Assembly: GCA_043817155.1 (NCBI GenBank)
Contig: JBDRHE010000069.1
Span: forward strand, 3,244-67,243
Source: Candidatus Omnitrophota bacterium
Lineage (GTDB): Bacteria > Omnitrophota > Gorgyraeia > JABMRN01 > RBG-13-46-9
Length of the DNA: 64,000 nucleotides
Reading direction: 5' to 3'
In this document: positions 1 through 7,975 of the stretch, one piece after another
How positions within the stretch are numbered: the stretch's first letter is position 1
Layout of the letters: each line of letters starts with the position of its first letter
Position numbers and translations under genes: made by a program
Notes under the pieces: generated by a model
Database searches by the model: none
What the model saw: only the letters and a program-made list of their open reading frames with translations
What the model was told of the DNA's origin: nothing

Positions 1-683
1 TCCTGCAAATACTTATCGCTGAAACCTTTCAAATCTATGTTGGCCGCATCCATAACGCCCGCAAGCTTAAGAAGCGGCTCTCGATTTATGAATCCTCCCG
101 TGACCCAAACGTTCTTTATGTTGCGCTCTTTTGCTATCCTGGAGGTATCATACATGTATTCATAGAATACCGTTGGCTCGGAATATGTGTAGGCTATTGA
201 GCGGCAATTCTGCTTTTCAGCTATCCTTACCACCTCTTCAGGGGGTAGATATTTGGAACTTACGTTCTCGGGAAATTCCTGCGAGATCTGCCAGTTCTGG
301 CAAAATTTACAGCGCAGATTGCATCCGGCAGTCGCGATGCTAAAGGCCGATGAGCCGGGCAACATATGGTAGATGGGTTTCTTCTCTATAGGGTCTACGT
401 GAACCGAGCATGGAAAACCATATACGAATGTATACAGCTTTCCGTCTTTAGGCTCACGGACCCTGCAGAAACTCCTTTGTCCATCCTTAAGGGCGCATTC
501 ATGCGGGCAGAGCGTGCACTGGACAATATCACCGGTGATCTTCTTGTAATATGAGGCCTCTTTATCGTATCCGAGAGCGGCAAGTGACTCCCCGCTACTT
601 AAAAGCTTGCCCGCAAAGCGCGCCGTGGCGAGCGCCGCGCAAACTACCGCGCCTTTCCTGATGAAATCTCTTCTCGTAAGCAT
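1..683 (-). CDS. amrS: AmmeMemoRadiSam system radical SAM enzyme (3' truncated by window edge), with N-terminal twin-arginine-like leader
   Basis: Not in the ORF track; hand translation from ATG 683 gives MLTRRDFIRKG...VQCTLCPHEC...FCRVR...VDPIEKKPIYH...TAGCNLRCKFCQNWQISQ...IAYTYSEP...DAANIDLKGF, i.e. a CxxxCxxC radical SAM motif plus the DPIEKKP signature. Confidence 0.9.
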   Translation of the reverse strand, partial: MLTRRDFIRKGAVVCAALATARFAGKLLSSGESLAALGYDKEASYYKKITGDIVQCTLCPHECALKDGQRSFCRVREPKDGKLYTFVYGFPCSVHVDPIEKKPIYHMLPGSSAFSIATAGCNLRCKFCQNWQISQEFPENVSSKYLPPEEVVRIAEKQNCRSIAYTYSEPTVFYEYMYDTSRIAKERNIKNVWVTGGFINREPLLKLAGVMDAANIDLKGFSDKYLQ

Positions 684-720
684 TGTCTTTCACACCCCGT
701 ATCAGTATATCATGTGTGCA

Positions 721-765
721 TAAAAAAAGACAGAACCCCACAATGTGAAAATTCTGTCTTTTTAT
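721..765. terminator. Bidirectional intrinsic terminator
   Basis: AAAAAAAGACAGAA...TTCTGTCTTTTTT inverted repeat just downstream of the 783-1142 gene. Confidence 0.7.
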
Positions 766-782
766 TATCGGCGTATAGTATC

Positions 783-1142
783 TTAATCTACGCTTATATC
801 AGCTTGTACCAGCGGTCCTCTTTCCGGCATTAGAGGTGCTGTAACAACATCCGATATGCCTGAAACGGTTCTAGCCATTGCCTTCAGCGTCCCCTGGAAC
901 GTGCCTACTGCCAAACCCCAAAAAGGATTCCTTGTCTCTTTGGTAAGGTCTGCAACCTTCTTCGGAATTTCCGTCCAACCGAAAAGGATGTTCTTCGTTC
1001 CGCGCGCAGCTTTTGCTCCCACATCAGTACGATGTTTTGCGATCGCTGCGCTCGTAGTAGCTGTATCCGCAGCATAAGAAATGATAGTAGTGCTTACGAA
1101 AACTAATAGTATCACGACGCATGCAACAAACTTATTCATCAC
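783..1142 (-). CDS. Exosortase system-associated protein, TIGR04073-like (secreted or membrane)
   Basis: Signal peptide, then KAARGTKNILFGWTEIP...RTVSGISDVVTAP, the pattern of this family. Confidence 0.7.
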   Translation of the reverse strand: MMNKFVACVVILLVFVSTTIISYAADTATTSAAIAKHRTDVGAKAARGTKNILFGWTEIPKKVADLTKETRNPFWGLAVGTFQGTLKAMARTVSGISDVVTAPLMPERGPLVQADISVD

Positions 1143-1253
1143 TCACCCCCCCCTTTTTTTTAATATTGCAAAAACGCAAAAAATACAGCTTGTTACGCCT
1201 TATTGGGTTTTAGCGTTTTTGCTTAATCTATTAAGATAAAGTCTATCACAAAG

Positions 1254-2990
1254 TTACGGTTTTGTCAAATTATCCGGGACAATCTCTGCAACATTTACGG
1301 CAGGTTCATTACGCTTGATCACCGGCTCTTCTTTAGCTGATCTCTCCTTTATCCAGTCGCTTACACTCTGCAAAACCTCTTTATCCGTCTTATAGTATTC
1401 GATCCTGCCTCTTTCGTTCTCTATCGCTCCCAGGAAGCGGCCAAGATTCCTAAAATAGAGCGTCTTATTGCCTTTTATATCAGGATTCTTCAGTCCCTTA
1501 TCCATATTACCTATAATTTCTTTAGAGGCAGTCTCATCAAATTTGCCGTAAATAATGAGAACCGGAAAGCCCGGGCCACCGGTCGCCTGAAGGGGCTTAA
1601 AGTGAGTCAGTTCCCGCATCCTTTTAACGGGCATAATCTTCCCCTGAACGATCGAGTGATCTTGCTTTGTCGTATTAACCATATTCATAGTCTCGCTCTT
1701 CATATGTTCAAGCCTTTCGGTAAATCCGGGATCGAACGCCGCGATCATCTTCACCTTCTCACTCAGATATCCATCGTTAAGATCGACAAGCGGCGCGGGA
1801 CGAGTCGCGTTCAGCATTACGGCGCCCCTTATCGGGTGATCTGTAAAATCTATCCCCAAAAGATAAAGACAAGCGTCTTTGTGCGCAACAATAAATATCT
1901 TATCCGCATCTACTTTCTTATTCTGGGCCAGAAAACTTAGGGCGCTTTTATAGTCTGTAATGTCGTCTGTAATGCCTACCGATGCGCTCTCCCCTTGAGA
2001 TTGACCTATGCCCCTTCTGTCGTAACGGAGCGTAATAAAACCCCGGCCGGCCAGGTCGTCGCTTAAGCAGGCGAAGAGTCCGGCGTTATCCCTATCGTAA
2101 TGCCCTTCCCCGGATATCAGGACTACCGCGGGCAATTTCCCATCTTTGTTTGGTATGTCGAGTGTTCCGGCCAGCGCTATATCCCTCGACGGGATGAGAA
2201 CGCTCTTGCTATAGTACTTGTCGGTGGGTTCTTTTATGAAATTCTTTATATCTATATCGGGAAGCCCCGCAACTTCTTTTATTAGGACCCCTTCAGACTT
2301 TAATTCAAACTGAGCTATGTTTCTCCCTTTCTTGGCTACCCATATAAATCCTTCCGGTAGGTTCCTGTCTCCCAGTACAAGGACCTCTGTTTTTATCTTT
2401 CTTCCCTTCACGGTTATATACTCATCCCTGATCGAAGTAAGCACAACCTTGCCCTGCGCCGGCGGAAACAGGTCATGGTTTATGTAGAGGGCGTTAAATT
2501 TCTGTGCGCCTCCTTTATTGAAATTATATCTATCTATCAGCGTAATGTAAGTAAGTAGCGATCTTCTTTCATATACAGAGTTGTCCCCTGGGTGATCTAC
2601 ATTTGATATGGCGCCGAACTTAGCCCAGATCTTCGTGACATAATCATATGTTTCGCCTCTATTCCGTATATATATCCCCTCAGCTATAGAGCCTGAATTC
2701 TTGCATTCGCTTACGTAGCTCGCAAGCCTGAAATCATTTTTTTCAAAGACTATCTTCTCCCGGACTATTTTACACCTTATGTCCTTTGGCTTGACGGTGG
2801 TAGACTTGTATGTAACCTTATCTTCCGTTCTATACCGATCGACCTTCACATAGCCTACTTTCTCGCCTCCCATCTCCATCTCATAAATGGAGCTAAGGTG
2901 TTTTCCCTTTTCGAATAAATAGAACGTTAAGGATAGAAGTATCACAATGGCAATTATTGTAATGGCGAAGAAGGTATATATGAGTTTCAT
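1254..2990 (-). CDS. Membrane-anchored protein with C-terminal alpha/beta-hydrolase fold, probably catalytically inactive
   Basis: N-terminal TM helix; LAGTLDIP...PAVVLISGEG.YDRD...LRYDRRGIGQS typical of the fold; nucleophile elbow reads AHKDA instead of GHSxG. Confidence 0.75.
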   Translation of the reverse strand: MKLIYTFFAITIIAIVILLSLTFYLFEKGKHLSSIYEMEMGGEKVGYVKVDRYRTEDKVTYKSTTVKPKDIRCKIVREKIVFEKNDFRLASYVSECKNSGSIAEGIYIRNRGETYDYVTKIWAKFGAISNVDHPGDNSVYERRSLLTYITLIDRYNFNKGGAQKFNALYINHDLFPPAQGKVVLTSIRDEYITVKGRKIKTEVLVLGDRNLPEGFIWVAKKGRNIAQFELKSEGVLIKEVAGLPDIDIKNFIKEPTDKYYSKSVLIPSRDIALAGTLDIPNKDGKLPAVVLISGEGHYDRDNAGLFACLSDDLAGRGFITLRYDRRGIGQSQGESASVGITDDITDYKSALSFLAQNKKVDADKIFIVAHKDACLYLLGIDFTDHPIRGAVMLNATRPAPLVDLNDGYLSEKVKMIAAFDPGFTERLEHMKSETMNMVNTTKQDHSIVQGKIMPVKRMRELTHFKPLQATGGPGFPVLIIYGKFDETASKEIIGNMDKGLKNPDIKGNKTLYFRNLGRFLGAIENERGRIEYYKTDKEVLQSVSDWIKERSAKEEPVIKRNEPAVNVAEIVPDNLTKP

Positions 2991-3553
2991 CTTATGTCGA
3001 GCGCCTCTGTCTTATATGAAAGTTTGAGCAACATCTCATTGGCGCCCTTGGCAAGTTTAAGTCTCGATATCAGATAATTGAAGACCTCTGTGGGGCAGTT
3101 CGTAAGCTGGTGGTTAAATGATATCGAATCGCCCTTGAGCAAGAACTTCCTCGTAGTATTCCCGAATTCACCGATATTTACAAGGGATTCGGTGCCCGGT
3201 CCGATCGGGTAGAACGTGTCCACATACACCACGTGTTCGTCCGCTTCGGCGAATGATATCTTGAGCTTGAGGGAATATATTGTTTTATCGGAATTGTTCC
3301 TTATCGTACCTACCACTATCGGTTTACCCCGGAAAGCGCCGTCTGTATCCACCTGGGCGCGCAGGTTAACGATCACATATTTTCCGAAAAGTTCGCCATT
3401 CAGCTCCAATACCGACTGCCTGTAATTGCGCCTGTCATTATTGGCCTTCCACTCGATGTACGCATAGAAACTGAACATAGTAATAGCCAGGACCGATGAG
3501 ATGATGAGGGAGGAAATGAATACTACAAGAATCGTTCTAGGCTTAAATCGCAT
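2987..3553 (-). CDS. Hypothetical membrane-anchored protein (possible FxLYD/Ig-like domain)
   Basis: 188 aa ORF, N-terminal TM, GTIRNNSDKTIYSLKLKISF; ATGA-coupled to the downstream gene. Confidence 0.6.
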   Translation of the reverse strand: MRFKPRTILVVFISSLIISSVLAITMFSFYAYIEWKANNDRRNYRQSVLELNGELFGKYVIVNLRAQVDTDGAFRGKPIVVGTIRNNSDKTIYSLKLKISFAEADEHVVYVDTFYPIGPGTESLVNIGEFGNTTRKFLLKGDSISFNHQLTNCPTEVFNYLISRLKLAKGANEMLLKLSYKTEALDIR

Positions 3554-3558
3554 TTAAT

Positions 3559-4098
3559 TCACATCTTCTGCAGATGCTTCTTGATCTGCTCCAAATATAT
3601 CTCTCTTACAGAATTGAAATATTCTACATAACACGCCTGCCTGAAATCCATAAAAGTCCATTCGAGCGGCCGGAAGCTTCCTTTACTGAACATAAGCTCC
3701 AGCTCAGCGTATATGCCCTTATCAATGTATACCCGATGGCTCCGGTCCTTTGTCGTGAATAATACAAGTTTTGAAGGCGATATGTACCCGGGATCTATGT
3801 TTATAACCCGCGCCCCTTTAACACTCTGCCTTTCTTCAAGCACGCCTGTAAATAATTTGATCTTGTGGTTGCCTTCGAGCATGATCGGTTTCTCAAAGCT
3901 AAGGAACCTTCGCTTAAGCTTCACGCCAAACTCTTCATCATAGTAGCGCGTAAACGAAAAGTCTACAGCCTCCATCTCCATGTCAACGCGCCCGAACCTT
4001 CTCTCTAGGTGCCTTTTGGTGAATACAAAAGAAGAGGGCCTATTGGATATAAGCCCGACTATCAATTTTACAGGAATGTGCTTTACGGGACTGCCCAT
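3559..4098 (-). CDS. DUF4416 family protein
   Basis: FSFTRYYDEEFG, RVINIDPGY, LVLFTTKDRSHRVY, FRPLEWT motifs. Confidence 0.8.
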   Translation of the reverse strand: MGSPVKHIPVKLIVGLISNRPSSFVFTKRHLERRFGRVDMEMEAVDFSFTRYYDEEFGVKLKRRFLSFEKPIMLEGNHKIKLFTGVLEERQSVKGARVINIDPGYISPSKLVLFTTKDRSHRVYIDKGIYAELELMFSKGSFRPLEWTFMDFRQACYVEYFNSVREIYLEQIKKHLQKM

Positions 4099-4100
4099 GC

Positions 4101-4577
4101 TTATAAACTTTGCGGCTGCTGCTTGTATATGAAATCGAAGAGTCTCTTCTCGTCCTTCCCGTGAAAGTCGTAGAATTTTATACCGGTGCTAAAGAGCCTC
4201 TTGGAAGACCCTTCTTCACTCTCCTCTTCACACCACACAACGATACCTCGCGCCTTAATAAGATGGTTATCATCGGGTAGCCGGATCTCTAACCTGAGAG
4301 TGATATCCTTGACAAATTTCTCATCAAGAACAAGGCGAATGCCCTTGGCCGATATATCGATGGTCTTCACGCCGCTTGCGTTCCCGTTCTCAAAGTACTT
4401 TACGTCAAGAGACAAGTTCAGGCGGTCCGCTCCCCGCCTCTCACTGCCGTCCCAATACCCTTTAAGTTTGACCGCGTTTATCCTTTTGACGCGGTTCTTT
4501 CTCTCTTCAATGATGAGGGTCGAAAATACCATAATAAGAACGATGATGCAAAGTATCTCAACCAAAGGAATTATCAT
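4101..4577 (-). CDS. Membrane-anchored PilZ domain protein
   Basis: TM helix, RRGADR (RxxxR) and DISAKG (DxSxxG) c-di-GMP motifs. Confidence 0.85.
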   Translation of the reverse strand: MIIPLVEILCIIVLIMVFSTLIIEERKNRVKRINAVKLKGYWDGSERRGADRLNLSLDVKYFENGNASGVKTIDISAKGIRLVLDEKFVKDITLRLEIRLPDDNHLIKARGIVVWCEEESEEGSSKRLFSTGIKFYDFHGKDEKRLFDFIYKQQPQSL

Positions 4578-4954
4578 ACGCCTGCTTTCTTCTTTTGATC
4601 GATGTACGCCAGAAGATTTTCTCTGTCCTTAGCGCATATGTTATCGAAAAATATGGCCACATCGTAATGCACGATCTTTCCGTCTTCTATGACCGGATGC
4701 TCCCGCACTACAACGCCGTCCGTTTCGATCTTCACGGTGCCGGATGACTCTTCGCCATCCTTCTTTACCTTCGGCACGATCAGGATCACCCTGATGCGCG
4801 ACATGATCGCCACTTCCTTCTCTACTTTACAATAGACGCCTGAGGCGGAGATATCGAGGCTCTTTGTAATGATATCAACTCCCCCGGACTTTACTTTAAG
4901 CGAAATGCCCCCGTCCTGCAATCGAGGGTATTCTCTCTTTTCTCCTTTAGACAT
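4574..4954 (-). CDS. PilZ domain protein
   Basis: EKREYPR and DISASG motifs. Confidence 0.85.
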   Translation of the reverse strand: MSKGEKREYPRLQDGGISLKVKSGGVDIITKSLDISASGVYCKVEKEVAIMSRIRVILIVPKVKKDGEESSGTVKIETDGVVVREHPVIEDGKIVHYDVAIFFDNICAKDRENLLAYIDQKKKAGV

Positions 4955-4985
4955 ATGAAATCCCCCTTATATTAAGTGTAAATCG

Positions 4986-5330
4986 TTATCCCGGCGGCCA
5001 TGCGAATTTCCTGCCACCCAAAAGGTGCATGTGCAAATGGAAGACCTCCTGACCCGCATCCCTGTTACAGTTAAAGACGAGCCTATAACCAGACTCTTCT
5101 ATACCCGCCTCTCTCGCTAATCTCTTTGCGGCAACCACTAGCCTTCCCGCAAGTAGCGCATCCTCATCCTCAATATCGGCGACTCTCTCTATATGCTTCC
5201 TCGGGACCAAAACTATATGAGTCGGAGCTTTTCCGTTTATATCACGGAACGCGACGATCTCATCATCCGTATAAACAATATCCGCTTTTACATCCCCTTT
5301 TGCTATTTTGCAGAATATGCATTCGCTCAT
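4986..5330 (-). CDS. hinT: Histidine triad nucleotide-binding protein (HinT/PKCI type)
   Basis: CIFCKI, AGQEVFHLHMHLLGGR...WPPG. Confidence 0.92.
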   Translation of the reverse strand: MSECIFCKIAKGDVKADIVYTDDEIVAFRDINGKAPTHIVLVPRKHIERVADIEDEDALLAGRLVVAAKRLAREAGIEESGYRLVFNCNRDAGQEVFHLHMHLLGGRKFAWPPG

Positions 5331-5338
5331 TGCATATA

Positions 5339-5367
5339 ATTATAAGACTTATTGATCGCGTTTGCAA
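5339..5367 (-). promoter_or_regulatory. Sigma70-type promoter for hinT, probably leaderless
   Basis: TTGCAA-17 nt-TATAAT, 8 nt upstream of ATG, no Shine-Dalgarno. Confidence 0.7.
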
Positions 5368-5416
5368 TGATAATTTGGAATTATTGGTTTGGTTGGGGCG
5401 GGCGATTAGAAAGCAA

Positions 5417-5442
5417 ATAGCCGGGAATTGATCCCCGGCTAT
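5417..5442 (-). terminator. Intrinsic terminator
   Basis: ATAGCCGGG-loop-CCCGGCTAT followed on the - strand by TTGCTTTC. Confidence 0.6.
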
Positions 5443-5537
5443 GATGATCTGGCTCTATTGCAGATCTATGAAACGGCATTACATGCCTATAGATAAACCT
5501 CTCCCATTCTTCAACCTTTTACGGTCACGGGCAGGAT

Positions 5538-5933
5538 CTATTTCTCTTCGGCCTTCTTCCCGGACGCTTCAGCTTTGGACTTCTTCCAGCAACGCTTACC
5601 GCAGAAGAACTTACCATCCCTATAGAACCACTGCTTCTTTATGCTTTTGTTGCAAACACCGCACTCCCTTGGTCGATCTGCCTTGCTGACAGGCTTCATG
5701 TCGGGTTTCTTCGGCTTTTCGGGAGCTACTTCTGCTCCTTCTGTCTTGGGAGTCTCCTTGACTTCGGCAGCCTTCTCCTCCTTGACTTCTTCAGTGGCAG
5801 GAGCCGCCTCTTCAGCGATAAGCTCATCTTTCTTTTCCGGTACCTGGTTCTTCTCCTCTTTTGGAGCGTCCGCGCCTTTGCCCTGCTCTACTGAGCCGGA
5901 ACTCTCTTCATTTATCTCTTTATTTTCTTCCAT
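5538..5933 (-). CDS. Hypothetical protein: acidic low-complexity N-terminus and C-terminal zinc-finger-like motif
   Basis: E/K/A-rich tract then CGVC...FFCGKRC. Confidence 0.7.
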   Translation of the reverse strand: MEENKEINEESSGSVEQGKGADAPKEEKNQVPEKKDELIAEEAAPATEEVKEEKAAEVKETPKTEGAEVAPEKPKKPDMKPVSKADRPRECGVCNKSIKKQWFYRDGKFFCGKRCWKKSKAEASGKKAEEK

Positions 5934-5975
5934 AATTTTTAATCTAGCTTTTTTGCTTTCCAGACTTCCTCTAAG

Positions 5976-6017
5976 ACAAAAAAGAGGAATAGACTAAATT
6001 CCATTCCTCTTTTTTGT
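5976..6017. terminator. Bidirectional intrinsic terminator
   Basis: ACAAAAAAGAGGAAT...ATTCCTCTTTTTTGT perfect 15-bp inverted repeat. Confidence 0.75.
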
Positions 6018-6043
6018 TCTCTTCAAAAGAAGTCTATCAGAGT

Positions 6044-6373
6044 TTACTTTGCGCTAAATACATATTCCGGTTCTAACACAGGCGCGTAATCTTCAGGGAT
6101 CGGGAACGGGAACGTAATGGTTTCATATACGCCCGCGCCGGTTCTTACGATCGCCATTCCAACGCCTTTTGCCAAGCCTATCGTTAAACCTGAAAATATA
6201 TTATCTTCTACGCTAGTGTCATAAATATTCTTCGGGATTTCCACCCAACCTGTTAGTATGTTAGCAAGACCTCGACCGACTTTTGTAGCCGGGCCTTCAG
6301 CAAAACATGCCGTTGTCAAACACAGTGCTGTCATAAGTACTACAGATATTATAATTCCTTTCTTCATTCTCAA
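6044..6373 (-). CDS. Exosortase system-associated protein, TIGR04073-like
   Basis: KVGRGLANILTGWVEIPK...RTGAGVYETITFPFP; strong AAGGAGGTGA RBS. Confidence 0.8.
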   Translation of the reverse strand: MRMKKGIIISVVLMTALCLTTACFAEGPATKVGRGLANILTGWVEIPKNIYDTSVEDNIFSGLTIGLAKGVGMAIVRTGAGVYETITFPFPIPEDYAPVLEPEYVFSAK

Positions 6374-6430
6374 ATCACCTCCTTTTCTATTTTTTTAAAT
6401 ATTTTATTTCGTCTTCTCTTTTGCCTATGA

Positions 6431-6459
6431 AGTATATCATAATTAAAAATCTTTGTCAA
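6431..6459 (-). promoter_or_regulatory. Sigma70 promoter
   Basis: TTGACA-17 nt-TATACT with extended TG. Confidence 0.75.
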
Positions 6460-6464
6460 CCCCG

Positions 6465-6836
6465 TTAGGAATTATTATCGTCCCTGTGCTCATCGATGAT
6501 CTTGCAGATCCTTTTCTTGCCCTCCTCATCCAGATCGACAAATTCTATTCCTGTATCGTGGTGTATCACATCCTGCCGTACCGCATCGTGTTTTTTAACT
6601 ACCCAGACTATGGTACCGTTACATTTTATGTTATTTGGCAGGCCGTTTGCAAGATCTATCTCGAGGTTAACACCCTGAAATAAGCCCAAGTCCTCATCGA
6701 TGATAGCGCATATACCCCCGACCCCGATATTTTCCGTATAGGTGCATATCGTTTTCGAAGAGTCCCTGGTTCCTATTGATATGAGGCATTTATAGCGTAT
6801 TCTAGGAAATTGCCTTCTGTTGATTCCGTCCCACAT
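6465..6836 (-). CDS. PilZ domain protein
   Basis: MWDGINRRQFPR (RxxxR), NIGVGG; start moved to ATG 6836 because the promoter -10 overlaps the track's TTG. Confidence 0.85.
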   Translation of the reverse strand: MWDGINRRQFPRIRYKCLISIGTRDSSKTICTYTENIGVGGICAIIDEDLGLFQGVNLEIDLANGLPNNIKCNGTIVWVVKKHDAVRQDVIHHDTGIEFVDLDEEGKKRICKIIDEHRDDNNS

Positions 6837-6844
6837 AGGAGACA

Positions 6845-6873
6845 AGTATATATAAGAACCTTATGAAATGCAA
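6845..6873 (-). promoter_or_regulatory. Sigma70 promoter, probably leaderless
   Basis: TTGCAT-17 nt-TATACT, 8 nt before ATG 6836. Confidence 0.65.
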
Positions 6874-6907
6874 GCGATTTCTCAAAAAATTTCGGTGAAA
6901 TTTCACA

Positions 6908-6957
6908 CCTGCCTGCCGGCCCGCCTGTCTTTTCAGGCAATCGGGCAGGCAGGCAGG
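6908..6957. repeat. CCTGCCTGCC...GGCAGGCAGG palindromic element (family Y) with a nested second copy
   Basis: Same terminal palindrome as the inserts at 9068, 12636 and 24523. Confidence 0.75.
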
Positions 6958-7018
6958 GATTCTGTTGAGACACCTAACTCATTGATTACACAGATTATAT
7001 GATATCAGCAATTTCCTT

Positions 7019-7047
7019 TTGACAAAAGAGACTTTTGCTAATATAAT
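7019..7047 (+). promoter_or_regulatory. Consensus sigma70 promoter for exeAB
   Basis: TTGACA-17 nt-TATAAT perfect consensus. Confidence 0.85.
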
Positions 7048-7147
7048 CATTAAAAGTACGCTGGACTTCGCTCTGAAGGATGAAAGCGAAAGATCGATCC
7101 TTCACAGCTGCGTCCCGGCAAGCAGGGACATAAAAAAGCGAGTAAAC

Positions 7148-7975
7148 ATGTACAGAGGATATTACGGTTTAAAAGAGCACCCCTTCAATGTAACGAGCGA
7201 CCCCAGCTTCCTCTATTTTGGAAAAACGCACAGGGAAGCCCTCTCTCAGATACTATACGGCATAAATGAGCGCAAAGGCTTCCTCGAGATCACAGGTGAA
7301 GTCGGCGCCGGGAAGACAACGCTCTGTAAAGCGCTACTCAGCAGGTTGGATGAGAGCACGAAGACCGCTTTCATACTTAACTCAAATCTCTCCGGAGCCC
7401 AGCTGCTGGAGGCGATCGTTGAAGATTTCGGCCTTCATCCTACGCGTCTGACCAAGATAGCCCTGATGCGACAACTCAATAATTTCCTGCTGGAAGAACT
7501 AAGAAAGAATTGCAACGTAGTGCTTATTCTCGACGAAGCGCAGAATCTGAGCATACAGAATCTCGAAGAGATAAGGCTCCTTTCCAATCTTGAAACCGAC
7601 AAGGAGAAGCTCTTCCAGATCATACTGGTCGGTCAACCGGAACTCAGGCGTAAATTGAATTCTCATGCGCTTCTCCAGCTGCGCCAGCGTATCGGCGTCA
7701 GGTTCCACGTAAGTCCCCTTGAAAGAGGAGAGATCGGTATGTATATATCGCACCGCCTGAGCGTTGCCGGGGCGGATCTCAGCAGGCTTAGCTTCTCCGA
7801 GGATGCCATCGATATCATCTTCCGTTATTCTGGCGGTGTCCCGCGCCTTATAAACGTCGTATGCGACAAAGCGCTTCTTACGGGCTTCGTTCTTGAAAAG
7901 TGGACCATAGACGAATGCATTATCGATAAGAGCATACGAGAGATCGAAGGGAAACCTGCAGAACTTGCTGTATGA
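7148..7975 (+). CDS. exeA: ExeA/GspA-family AAA ATPase (type II secretion-associated)
   Basis: MYRGYYGLKEHPF start, Walker A GEVGAGKT, Walker B LILDEAQ, LVGQPEL, GGVPRLIN; the track's TTG start is the -35 box. Confidence 0.88.
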   Translation: MYRGYYGLKEHPFNVTSDPSFLYFGKTHREALSQILYGINERKGFLEITGEVGAGKTTLCKALLSRLDESTKTAFILNSNLSGAQLLEAIVEDFGLHPTRLTKIALMRQLNNFLLEELRKNCNVVLILDEAQNLSIQNLEEIRLLSNLETDKEKLFQIILVGQPELRRKLNSHALLQLRQRIGVRFHVSPLERGEIGMYISHRLSVAGADLSRLSFSEDAIDIIFRYSGGVPRLINVVCDKALLTGFVLEKWTIDECIIDKSIREIEGKPAELAV

